Of a DNA stretch of 64,000 nt, positions 13,901 to 25,068 are shown in pieces. The notes under the pieces were generated by a model. The model made no database searches and was not told the DNA's origin. It was given only the letters and a program-made list of their open reading frames with translations. The stretch is from assembly GCA_009602735.1 (NCBI GenBank), contig WELA01002297.1:514805-578804 (forward strand), written 5' to 3'. The translations under genes and the position numbers were made by a program. How positions within the stretch are numbered: the first letter of the stretch is position 1; each line of letters starts with the position of its first letter. The DNA is from Mesotaenium endlicherianum. Lineage: Eukaryota.

Positions 13901-16022
13901 CTTGATCGCGGGGGTTGGCCATTCCTCCACCACCGTGGTCTTCTTGGGGTCCATCTTGATGCCATCAGCAGTCACGTGAAGACCTAGGAACTCCACTTCT
14001 TGTTTGGCAAACTCGCACTTTGACTCCTTTGCAAATAGCTTATTTTGCTTCAGGATTTTGAGCACTTCTTTCACGTGTCTTCCATGCTCTCCAAGGGTCT
14101 TGCTGTACATGAGAATTTTGTCAATGAATACCACCACAGATCAGTTCAGCAGGGGCTGAAATATGGTGTTCATCATAGTCATGAAAGTTGCTGGTGTGTT
14201 GGTGAGTCCAAATGGTAAGACCATGAACTCAAAATGTCCATATCTTGTCCTGAATGCCGTCTTCTCTATGTCCGGTTCTGCGATGCGAATCTGGTGGTAG
14301 CCGCTCCGTAAGTCAATCTTCGTGAAGTACTTGGCTCCAACCAGCTGGTCCATTAGCTCATCCATACGCGGCAGCGGGTATCGATTCTTGATGATGATCT
14401 TGTTGAGAGCGCGATAGTCCACACTCATCCTCAAAGTACCGTCCTTCTTCTTAACAAATAGCACCGGGGCTCCAAATGGCGACTTGCTAGGTCAAGTGAA
14501 GCCGTGGTCCAGTAGCTCTCTGATTTGCTTCTTGACTTCGTCTAGCTCCATATATGACATCTTGACGTAGGCCGAGAGATGGGCTTGCTTCCGGGCTCCA
14601 ACTCTATCTTGTGGTCTACGACTCTCGTGGGGGGTAGGCCCTTGGGCAATTCCGGGGAGAACACTTCTTTGTAGTCCTCTAGGCCTTCTTGTATCTCCTT
14701 GAGAATGGGGCTGCCTTCTTGACTCTCGATGTCTTTCTTGATGTCTTTTGGCGTGATCAAGGCCAAAAGAAGCTCGTGTCCTTTACTCACAAGTCTCTTG
14801 AGTTGGAGGGCGGAAAATAGTATCTTGTGTGCCAGCTTTTTGATGTCTTGGATCTGGATGTTCTGGATTACGCGTAAAATACAGATTCTTGAAGTGATGT
14901 CATTCTTGATTTTGATAGTACCGGTCCTCCAATCAACTTGGGGGTTGTGCTTGGTCAACCAAGGCATCCCTAGGACGACGTCGTACTTGCCCAATTGCAT
15001 GGGGGAGAACACTACTCTATCCTTGAAGGACTTGATAGAGAGTGACAAGGGGTACGTCTTCTTGGAAGGGGTAGTATAAGAGAACCCATTGGGCATCATA
15101 ATCTCCTCGTCGTGGTCAAGGGTTTGCATAGTAATACCGTGCTTGGTGGCAAAATTTGCAGCAATGAAGTTGCCTTGTGCTCCGCTATCCACCAAGATGT
15201 GGACCTTCTCTCCTCCAAGGTAACCTCTCAAACTCATTGGGGCTGGAACGTCGTCTTCGACGGGGGTCTCCACCTCACTTGGTTTGTTGCCTTCTTGTAA
15301 AGTGGGTCTTGGGGTGGTAGGCTCCTGGCCTACCTGCGCTGTCCGTTTTTTGACAACTTTTTGGGGCATGAGAGTGCACGATGGCCCTTTTCCTTGTAAT
15401 AAAAGCATAGTCCAGCCGTCACGAGAGCTTCTTTTTCAACCGGGGAGAGTCTTGCTTTCACTCCTTGCTGGTTTCTTGCATCATAAGTGTCATTGGAAGG
15501 TCTTCCACTCTTTCGGGCAGCCGCGGGGTCCCTTTCAATAACTCCAATTTCCATGGGTGTGGGTCCAGATTTGGATGTGGAAGGGGCTGCGTACACCCGA
15601 GTCGCCGATACCCATGAAGATGAAGGCACGGAGTGCTTGAAATCCAAGGTATCCACCTTTTGGGCCACTTCAATGATCTTTGAGAAGTCCGTCAAGTCGC
15701 GTAATTCCACTTCCTTTGCCACCTTGGGCTTGAGGCCAAAGATGTGGCGGTCAATCTTCTCCTTGAGAGACATGTTGGGGATCTCGAGAGTGAGGACGTG
15801 AAATCTGGATGTATATTCTTGAACGGACGTCATTTGCTTGAGATGGTAGAGCTTTCCTCAGACAATCTTCTCCGCATTGATGGGCATGAATTGCCTCTTG
15901 AGGGCCTCACGAAAATCTGCCCATCTTGCATATGATGGTGGGGGCTCTTGGCCGAGCATGGGGTGCGCCATAGCTTGATATATAGCCACTTGATANACTT
16001 GATAGTTATGCCACCATGATGT
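10485..16022 (-). mobile_element. C1: degenerate copy of chromovirus family C, 5' part missing
   Basis: Highly similar and collinear with intact C2 42117-47660, with stops and frameshifts. Interrupted in gag by D1. Confidence 0.93.
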
Positions 16023-16159
16023 TGTCGTGCGTTACGAGGTCAAGTGCGCACCATAGGCATAAGCAACACATCATAGGCAAGCAGGCTTTGCTGCACTGGA
16101 GTCTATAATACATGTGGCGTTATAGATCGAAAAGGGAGTCAAGTCGAAAATGTTTTAAT
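16023..16159 (-). repeat. D1 repeat B2 (element 3' terminus)
   Basis: Direct repeat of 16953-17088 with a few substitutions. Confidence 0.92.
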
Positions 16160-16950
16160 TAAGGGAAGTGTACTCTCCAGAGTGAGCACCTCAAGACTGT
16201 AATCTGGTGGGAAAACAACTAATGAAGTATGACCCAGAGGATCACTGGAAGAACATCATGATCTTCAGAGAAGTCCTATGGCAAGGGCTTAAGCTGTGAC
16301 TTTGCTCACCACTTGTGAAGTTCTTCAAGTGACTGGAAGCCTGGAGGGCTTGCTCTTCACAAGAGAGTAACTAAGTGGTCCTGAAAACACAAGGGATAAA
16401 AGTGTAAGCTTTACTGATAATCTCTGTTACTTACACCTGGCATAATGGACTTCTAAAAGATGTCTCTTCTAGGGACATCTCTACTAGCGCCTCAAAAGTG
16501 GATATGGAAATTGAGGAAGCTTCCTCTAGGAGTAGGTGATGCAGTCACCAAGTTATAGCCTCAATGATGCACATATACTATGGAAATGCAAAGTTTATGT
16601 AGGCTAAGGGGCTCGCGGATTTGTGCGCACAAAGCTTGGGGTCACGAAGAGCCAACAATGTCACCTTTGGGGACATTGAGTCACAAATTGGGCCTTGGGA
16701 AAGTTTCGTTAGGGACCGGTAGGTGACGCGGACTAGATCGCACCTATCTCGCTCGATACTTGACCAGATGACGCGAAATTGGTGCCATTCGGAAGATGCT
16801 TCGACGCGCTACACGTTGGTGACTTGAAAATCTAGAAAAGGTCAACATACGGATGCGTAAAGTCAATGCAAAGTTGGCCTTCCTAGGTTGATGTTTCGCA
16901 CATGTGGAGCTTGGTTTTATACGACAAACTCGACTCAATAAATCATGACA
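16160..16950 (-). repeat. D1 repeat A2 (791 bp), begins TGTCATGA on the element strand
   Basis: 16160-16452 matches 27568-27860. Confidence 0.88.
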
Positions 16951-16952
16951 GT

Positions 16953-17088
16953 TGTCGTGCGTTATGAGGTCGAGTGCGCACCATAGGCATAAGCAACACA
17001 TCATAGGCAAGCAGGCTTTGCTGCACTGGAGTCTATAATACATGTGGCGTTATAGCCAAAATGGGAGTCAAGTCAAAAATGTTTAAAT
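16953..17088 (-). repeat. D1 repeat B1, immediately after a G9 polypurine tract (17089-17097)
   Basis: Matches B2. Ends GCACGACA, then a 2-nt spacer AC, then the TG of A2. Confidence 0.92.
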
Positions 17089-17102
17089 CCCCCCCCCAGC
17101 TC

Positions 17103-20100
17103 TCAGCCTCTAGCTGATGGGCTGTGTACGCTGCCTAAGGCTAGCTCAGTGCAGTCTCCGCAGAACCAGTCTCCAGCTGGCACGCGGGCCAGCGGCGGAT
17201 CGAGGCAGCCGATGTGGAAGCCGAGGTTGCAGCTGTCGCAGAGCAGCATCTTGGCCTCCTGGCCAGTGCTGTGACAGATCTGGCACGCCCAGTCCTTGGG
17301 CCGCCGCGCGTCGCTAGGACAGACCTGCAAGTCAAGGTTAGGAAGGTGGCACGGCCCACAGTTCTTCGTGTGGTCCTTGTGAAGAGGGCCATCTGCGCCT
17401 ACCAGCTCCAGGACTCCTGACGCCAAGGCACGCTTGACGCGAAGGATGACCGGCGAGCTGCTGGTGTCGAGGGTGTTCTTCGTCTGGCGTCGCAGGTACA
17501 CGAAGTCACCTGCGGAAAACTGCAACACCCGCGGATGATAGGCTCCTCCACAAGTCATGGCGTACCTCAGCGTGTCGCGATGCTGTGCGATGCTGAGGTT
17601 ATCCATGGCCATGGGCATCAGGCGCCGAAAGAGCTGAGCACGCTGCCTGATAAGAGCACTCCATGTCTCGGGACTGTCCAAGTCCAAGACGTTCTCGGCC
17701 ACAGTCTTGGCTGCTGCTGGCAAATGGGCTGTCGGCCGAAGAGAAGGAAGTAGGGAGAGTGCGAAGCCAAGGAGGCCTGCTTACTGAACCTGTACCCCAT
17801 TGCTAGCCAAGGGAGGGCGTCGTCCCAGTGGGTACGGTCGTGGGCAAGGCAGTACTTCCGCAACCCTAGCTTGACGGTCTGCACCATGCGCTCGGCGAGG
17901 CCGTCAGCCTGAGGATGATCGCCGGAGGTGGTGCGGTGGTCAATCATAGAGCGCTCCAGCAGCTTCTAAAAGCTGCCCTGGAACTCCTTGCCCTGGTCGG
18001 TCAGCACCTCAGCGCAGCCGCCAAAACGGCTAAGGACCTGATTGAGGAAGGCCTGAGCGATCCCCTCACTGGCCTTGCTGGGCAGGGGCACGAGTTCGAT
18101 CCACTTGGACATGTGCTCAATCATCACCAAGACGTAGAGGTTGCCCTGGCGAGACTTGGGCAGCTCTCCAGCCAAGTCAAGCGACCACCTGTAGAACAGC
18201 CCCTGAATAGGAAGGGGGCTGAGGGCAACGATGCGCGCTGGGAAGCTCGAGTGCACACTGTCGCAGAGAGTGCAGCTGCTGACGACAGCGGCGACAACCT
18301 TAGTCATGCCGTGCCACCAGTACTCGGCCTGAAGAAGACTGAGGGTGCGCTTGACACCGAAGTGCCCGAAGGACTCATGCACTCGACGCACCTGCTGCCT
18401 GCGTATGGCAGGCTCAGGGACCACCAGGACGGAGCCGTCTGCCATCACGCGCCGCACGCGCCCCTCCATGAAAATGAAGTCGGGGCTGCGCCTGAGGATG
18501 CGGTTGCGCTCGCGTGCGCTGACATCAGGTGCCAACTCCTTGGCCGTGACGTACTGCAGCACTGGGGCGTCGTCCCATACGTCCTCGGGACCGCGCTGCC
18601 AGCTGTCCTGATCCTCTGCCGCTGCCAGGGCCAATCGCCGTGTGGTGACGGTCACCATGTCCAGGCTAGTGAGCCTTGCGGGCCGCACATCGCCGTCCAC
18701 GGTAAAGGCTCGGAAGGCCGCCGCATGCCAGGCCACCGGCTCATCCTCATCGTGGCGGGCCACATTGAGATCCCTCGAGGAGGGCAGCGGGTTACGGCTG
18801 AGACCGTCAGCGTCCAGGTTGGTTGAGCCTGGGCGGTGGTGCACGTCAAAGGTGTACTCCTGCAAGATAAGCGCCCACCGTGCGTACTTGCCGGTCAAGC
18901 GCTCCGATGTCATGAGCCACTTAAGTGGCTGGTGGTCGGTGACTAGGCGGAAGTGCGTGCCGTAGAGATAGTGCCTGAAGTGCACGATCGCCCAGACTGC
19001 TGCCAGGCACTCCCCCTCGTAGGAGCCGTAGTTGCCTTCCGCGCGGTTGTTGCTGCAACTGGCGTAGGCCACCACATGCTCGAAGCCGTCATGCTCTTGC
19101 ACCAGCACAGCGCCCAGCCCTGCCTGCGACCAATTGGTGTGGAGGATGAAGGGCTTCGCATAGTCCGGACGCCAAAGCACAGGAGCGCTCACCAGCAGCT
19201 CCTTGAGCTTATCAAATGCCGCCTGCTGCTCTGGTCCCCACTCGTAGGCAACGCCCTTGCGGAGCAAGTCGTTGAGCGGCTTGGCTAGCTCGCTGAACCC
19301 TGGCACGAAGCGGCGGTAGTATTTGGCCATGCTGAGGAAGGCCCGCAGCTGCGAGAGATCTGTAGGAGGTGGGATGCCTGTGATGGCCGAGATCTTTGCC
19401 AGCTGGGGTGCCAAGCCGCTGGAGAAGAGCAGGTGGCCAAGGTACTCCACCTCGCGGGTCCCAAAAGTGCACTTGCCTGGATGGCACTTGAGCCCAGCGG
19501 CCTCCAAGCGGTCTAGGACAGTAGTGATGTGCGCCACGTGCTCCTCAAACGTTTGACTAAAGACGAGCACGTCATCGATGTAGCATCGGGCGAAGGATAG
19601 CCCAGCCAACTCCTTGTCCATCACCCTCTGAAAGGTAGCTGGCGCATTCTTCAACCCAAACGGCATCACCACCCACTCGTAGAGCCGCTGTGCTCCCCAG
19701 AACGCCGTCTTATGCTAGTCCTCCTCGGCGATGGGAATTTGGTTGAAGCCCTGACGCAGATCCAGCACTGAGAACCAAGTGCACGTGCCAATGTCGTCAA
19801 AGATCTCGTCAGGCGTCGGCATAGGATATCTGTCCTGCTCGGTGACCTCGTTCAGTCTACGATAGTCACCGCACATTCTTTTCTTGGACCAGTTGCCCGA
19901 GGCATCCTTCTTGGCTGGCATGACTGTGGGTGCGGCATAGCAAGAGGAGGACTCTCAAATGAGCCGGCTGTCCTCCAGCTTGCTTGTCTGCGCGTTGATC
20001 AAGTCATCCTCGAAGTGGCTGTAGCGATAACGCTTCAGAAAAATGGGCTCCTGCGACGTGAGAGTAATCCGCATGGGGTCATCCCTGTAGCGCCCTAGAT
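17103..20100 (-). pseudogene. D1 pol: RT-RNaseH-integrase-PHD finger (disrupted)
   Basis: MCGDYRRLN, VMPFGLKNAPATFQR, YIDD, HHCC (HESFGHFG...CTLC), WSLDLAG/LTDQG/GLAERMV, and C4HC3 PHD CQICHS...LLCDSCNLGFHIGCLDPPL...WFCGDC. Confidence 0.93.
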
Positions 20101-20689
20101 CGTGCATGCCGCTGGCAAAGCTGGTGCTGCGCCTCCCGTCCAGCAGTGCCGTCAACTGTGCAGCCTGCGCCTTGGTGAGTGTCCCCCCTAGCTTCCATGC
20201 CGGTGGAGCTGGTGGCGTCGCCTGACCTGCAGCTGGAGTCTCTTGTCTTGCCGTTGGGGTAGACTGTGGTGCTGCAGGTGTCACCTGCCCTGCAGCGGTT
20301 GGCGCTCGGCCTGCCGCGGGTACCTGCACTGTGGCAGCTGCGGCCAGCTGCCTGGCACTGTCTGCCTGCGAGCAACCATCTGCCTGCGAGCGAGGAAAAA
20401 GAAAAAGTGACCGGGACTCTCTGGCTCGCTGTGAGGACTCCTCTCACCGCCGTCCCCCCCCCAGCAAACCAGATTCCTCCCTGCGCGGCGGTGGGGAGGG
20501 GGGGCGGGTTCGCGCTGGCGGTGCAGGCCTTGCGCGCTGAGGATGCCACGTCGTACCGGGCGGGGCTTGATTGTCATTGTCGGTGGAGTCATTGTCCATA
20601 TCATCGGCAAGCCGAGGCAGCTCGGGATGCCGGGCTGCGGCGTAGAGAGGCGCCAAGGCCTGCGTCTGCAGCAGGAATCCACGGGAGGA

Positions 20690-21620
20690 CGTTGGCGTCG
20701 ATCGCCTGCCCCAAGAGGCGAATGCGGTTCACCTCAATGAGACCATCCACCTGTGTGAGATGCGGCGGGAAGCCCATGGCACGCTCCATCTCCGCAGGAC
20801 GCGGCCTGTCAAACATGCCAGTTTCCAGGTCGATGACCATCCCGCGCTGATCTCCAACGAAGGCGTCGCTGTCGTAACGGCTGACAAAAGTTGGCAGCGC
20901 GCGAGTGACGTCATGCAGGACCTCACACTGTGCCATGGGGGGATGTGGTAGTGCAGTCACGCGCTGGGCCAGACGAGGGGCATCGAGGATGGAGTCGACG
21001 GTGCGTGGGTGACGTGGATGAGAGGCGGCCAACGCCTCGAGAGTACCTGGCATTGCCAGGTTCGTGAAGTAGGCGCGGACGCGGTGCACGAAGGAACCAA
21101 TCTGGGCAGCGTCGATGACGGCCTCGCGGCCGACGTAGCAACTGCAAAGAGCGAAGTTGGCGCTAACATTGGGTCGACGATCGTGGCGCGCGGCCACGTT
21201 CTCCAGGACTCGAGTGTATGTGGCGGCTGTCGATCCTCAACAATGTTGAGGACGCGGAGCAAGTGCCAGAAGAGGGCCGTGCGGGGATTGCCGAGCGCCC
21301 TGCCACGCCCGGCTCTGGAGAAGCCCTGGCACTCCCAACCGGCGATGACGAGGTCTATGGACCCAAGTTGGGTGACATGCTCGACTGTGATGTCGCGGAT
21401 GTCCATGGGCCAGTCTGTCTGAGCGCGGTAGAATGCGTGCGCAAGAAGGAGGTCAGGGAATCGCTCGTGGCCCAACGCCATCTGCCGACGGGCCACTTGC
21501 TGGGCCTGAGGATCGAGATCGACGTAGACGTAGCGGCGTACCGGGATGCCGGCTTGTAAGGCCGCGAGCAACCCGGTGGCGATGTCGGCGAAGAGCTCGA
21601 CGAGGACGATGCCGCCGGGC
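20690..21620 (-). pseudogene. D1 DNMT3-like C5 cytosine methyltransferase domain (one frameshift near 21210)
   Basis: VLVELFADIATGLL (I), YVYVD (II), DIRDI (III), IDLVIAGWECQGFSRAG (IV), ENV (VI), HRVRAYFTNL (VIII), EMERAMGFPPHLT...RIRLLGQAID (IX/X), in canonical order. Confidence 0.92.
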
Positions 21621-23164
21621 CGCTCGTCTAGAGCGTCTGCGCAGATAGGAGTCGGAAGTGGGCGACACCCCATTGCAGGGGTGCCGGGCTGAGCGGGCGG
21701 CGGGAAGGTATGCTCGGCGCTGTGCTGATGTGGCGCCATGCGGAGGGCGGCCACAGCACGGTCTGCATAGTCACGCATAAGGCTGGGGATGCGGTCAGTG
21801 AGCGGCTGCGGACGCTCCTCCCGTGCGTGGTCCTGGTAGGTGCGCCACCGCAGGCGCGCATCCTGCAGGGCTGTCGGAGAGACAGCGCGGGCTTGACGTC
21901 GGGCCGAGGCCACGCACAGCTGCTGCCACCTGTCGCGCTGGGCGCGGTCAGTCTGGTGCGAGGCCACGTGGGCCAGCTGGTTGAGAACGGGACGTGGAGT
22001 CAAGTAGGGGTGCGGGCCGAAGTAGGCTCGCTGGCGTGCGCGCATGTCTGCAGAGGGGACTGTGCAGACGGAGCGCTCGGAGCTGTCGACCTCCTGCGGG
22101 GACCAAACTAACCAGCGAGGGGCCAGCTGGACTCGCGGCCGGGGCTGCCCTCGTGGGACGGGCGCGTCTCGGGGCTGCCGGAGACTAGACATGAGCCGTG
22201 TGCGTGCGGCGGCCGTGAATGGGTGACGACTGGGCGGCCTGCTGTCGGTGCGGGCCACCTTGGGAGGAGGTGACCCGGAGGGACCGTCGCCAGCGATGTG
22301 GCTGCTGGCGCGCGGAGCGGTAGGGGCCAGCATCACGAAATGCGCCTCGGAAGAAGACTAAGCGTCGGCGCCAGCTGAGAGGGACCGGAAGGGCGGAGTG
22401 CGGCGTCGGTCTCAAGTGTCGTTGTACGACGGCGTGTCCCCGCGGACCCGCGTGTCGTCGTAAGGAGGTGTGCGGTCCCTCTCGTCGTAGGGCGGCGTGA
22501 TGGAGCGGGCTCGCGTCTCGCGGAGGGGAGTCACCTTTTGCGTCTCGCAAAGGGGTGTGAGCTATTGGGAGCGGCTCGTCTCGCGGAGAGGAGTGGTCGC
22601 TCGAGCGGGTCCGATGGTCGGCCAAGTGCGATGTGCGTAGGTCAGATGGGCGCAGATAGACGGGGTCGTGCGGATTGGCTCGCGGACGCTGAGCCTGGGC
22701 GCTAGCTGCTGTATGGAGTGTGTGCCAGCGCTAGAGGAGGCCGCGGCAGCCCGGCTCGTCGCAAACAAATGCGCGATGCTGCGACACTCGTGGCTCGTCG
22801 AGCAGTCGAGTGACATTGGTCGGCTGGGTCCAGCGGCATCGGTACGAGCCCTGCTGGGCCAGTCGTGAGTCATGGGCTGGCTGGGTGCGCTGAAGCCGGG
22901 CGGACCAGTAGGTGCGCGTTGCCTGCGTGCTATAGGCGCAGCTGGCGGGGGCTCCTCTGGTGGCGCCGCGCTGAGCGCCTCGACGGATGTCTCTGGCAGT
23001 TGCTCCCACTGTGTCTCCTCCTCACTCTTGAGGGACTGGTCGTCGGATCTGCCAGGATAAGGTGCCTGCCGCATGGCCTCGTCCTCGGATGCCGTGGTGC
23101 GAGGCCAGGTCTCGCCGGACTGATGCAAGGCGTCATGAGGGGGCGGCTGAGATTCCATACTGTA

Positions 23165-24316
23165 CTAAATGGCCACACCAACAGGCACGTCGTGGCGAAC
23201 GCGGATTTTGGTCCTTGCGGACGGCTCGCCGCGAGAGGCCAAGACCCCTTGATGAGCCGTAGGCGCTGCGGCCGCATTTCGAGCAAGGGCGGCGGCAGCG
23301 ATGGCTGTGCTAGCCGTGGCGAGGGCCTCAGTGGCATCGTCCGCCATCTGCCGCATCATCGCGCTGTGGGCAGTGCAGATGCGGATCTGCTCCCTGGCCT
23401 GGGCTGCCAGGACATCCGCCTGCTGCTGCGGCGTGAGGTGGAGCTCGGCACTAGGTAGGTCCGGTTCCTCGTCTTGTGGCTCGAGCAAGTCCACCCCCAC
23501 AGAGATCTCCTCGTCCTTGGGCCCGTCCTTATTGGTCTTGACCACTAGCCGGCCATCGTTCAGCCCCATGAAGCCATAAAGAGCGGACACTGCTGGGCGG
23601 CGATCGACAATGTCAAGGGGCAAGGATGCGGTGCGCGTCCCCCCTATCCTCCAGTCGGGACAATGGAAGACGCGCTCTGCCCAGTTGTCGACCGCGGCGC
23701 CAATGGGAAAGAGTACGTCCTGCCCTAGGAGCACATCGAAGGACTTGGAAGGAGTGACGAGTGCGTGCCGGTGGATGGTTGTCTCGTCTGCCGTGCCTGG
23801 GCGCAGAGTGAACAGTAGCGCCAACCTTGTGCAGCCGGCGACGGTCTCGGACGTGTCGGCGGCGGTGTTAATGCGCGTCGGAGAGTCCTCCAAGTCGGCG
23901 GAAGAGAGTCCCAGCTGCCGGAAGTAGCGGAGGCTGATGAGAACCGGCTGCGCGCTTGTGTCGAACATGATGCGCTGCGGCGCCTGGGTGTTGACGAGCA
24001 CGATCCTCTGCGAATTATCCAGAAACGCGGCTTTAGGAGTGTTGATCATCCTGCGCTCCTGCGCAGGGCGCGCGGGCGCGGATCGCACCGCGGTGGCGGC
24101 ATCGATGGTCGGCCTCGTGGCTGCGGTGCGTAGCGTGGCTCTGCGCGACTGGAGCATCCGCTGAGCGGCCTGCCTCGTTGCCTCCATGGAGACGCCGAAC
24201 TCTGCGAAGGAGACCGTCGGCATGCGGTGCAGTGCGAGAGAGATGACCTCCGCGCTGAGCTGCACCGTCGTCATAGGTGAAGCGAGCGCATGTGGCGTCA
24301 GCTTTGTTGAGGTCAT
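23165..24316 (-). CDS. D1 aspartic protease region
   Basis: IMFDTSAQPVLI ... FDVLLGQDVL; homologous to D2 LLDTGAQLII ... YDVLLGTEAL. Confidence 0.8.
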   Translation of the reverse strand: MTSTKLTPHALASPMTTVQLSAEVISLALHRMPTVSFAEFGVSMEATRQAAQRMLQSRRATLRTAATRPTIDAATAVRSAPARPAQERRMINTPKAAFLDNSQRIVLVNTQAPQRIMFDTSAQPVLISLRYFRQLGLSSADLEDSPTRINTAADTSETVAGCTRLALLFTLRPGTADETTIHRHALVTPSKSFDVLLGQDVLFPIGAAVDNWAERVFHCPDWRIGGTRTASLPLDIVDRRPAVSALYGFMGLNDGRLVVKTNKDGPKDEEISVGVDLLEPQDEEPDLPSAELHLTPQQQADVLAAQAREQIRICTAHSAMMRQMADDATEALATASTAIAAAALARNAAAAPTAHQGVLASRGEPSARTKIRVRHDVPVGVAI

Positions 24317-24627
24317 GGAGGGCTCTAGGATGCGGAAGGAACGGGGCAGCCGCGGTGCCTCCTCCGTCCGGCGTCCCTGGTCTGGCCCGGCGCGCTTCTG
24401 CGGAACAACGGGCTAACCGGCCGGTGCTACGAGCGTGTTCTCACGGCTCGCGCGCCCGACTGCGGAGCGGCTGCCGAGTGGCTGTGCGTGTGCGCAGCAG
24501 GCCAAAAAGGCCGCTGCTGGCGCAGCCGGCAAACCTGCCGCGCATTCTGCCGCGGGGCCTGTTGCAGCGCCGTGCGCGCAGCTTGCCGCGAGGCCTGCCG
24601 CGGGGCCCGTTGCGAGATCTGCCGCCG

Positions 24628-25068
24628 NNNNNNNNNNNNNNNNNNNNNNNNNNNNNNNNNNNNNNNNNNNNNNNNNNNNNNNNNNNNNNNNNNNNNNNNN
24701 NNNNNNNNNNNNNNNNNNNNNNNNNNNNNNNNNNNNNNNNNNNNNNNNNNNNNNNNNNNNNNNNNNNNNNNNNNNNNNNNNNNNNNNNNNNNNNNNNNNN
24801 NNNNNNNNNNNNNNNNNNNNNNNNNNNNNNNNNNNNNNNNNNNNNNNNNNNNNNNNNNNNNNNNNNNNNNNNNNNNNNNNNNNNNNNNNNNNNNNNNNNN
24901 NNNNNNNNNNNNNNNNNNNNNNNNNNNNNNNNNNNNNNNNNNNNNNNNNNNNNNNNNNNNNNNNNNNNNNNNNNNNNNNNNNNNNNNNNNNNNNNNNNNN
25001 NNNNNNNNNNNNNNNNNNNNNNNNNNNNNNNNNNNNNNNNNNNNNNNNNNNNNNNNNNNNNNNNNNNN
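24628..25068. other. Assembly gap (N run) in the repetitive Gag-PR spacer of D1
   Basis: N run flanked by short GC-rich repeats. Confidence 0.99.

Noticed and set aside
15988..16004. Short duplication ACTTGATA-n-ACTTGATA
   Set aside because: Flanks an N, so it is an assembly join. C1 gag continues past it up to the D1 terminus.
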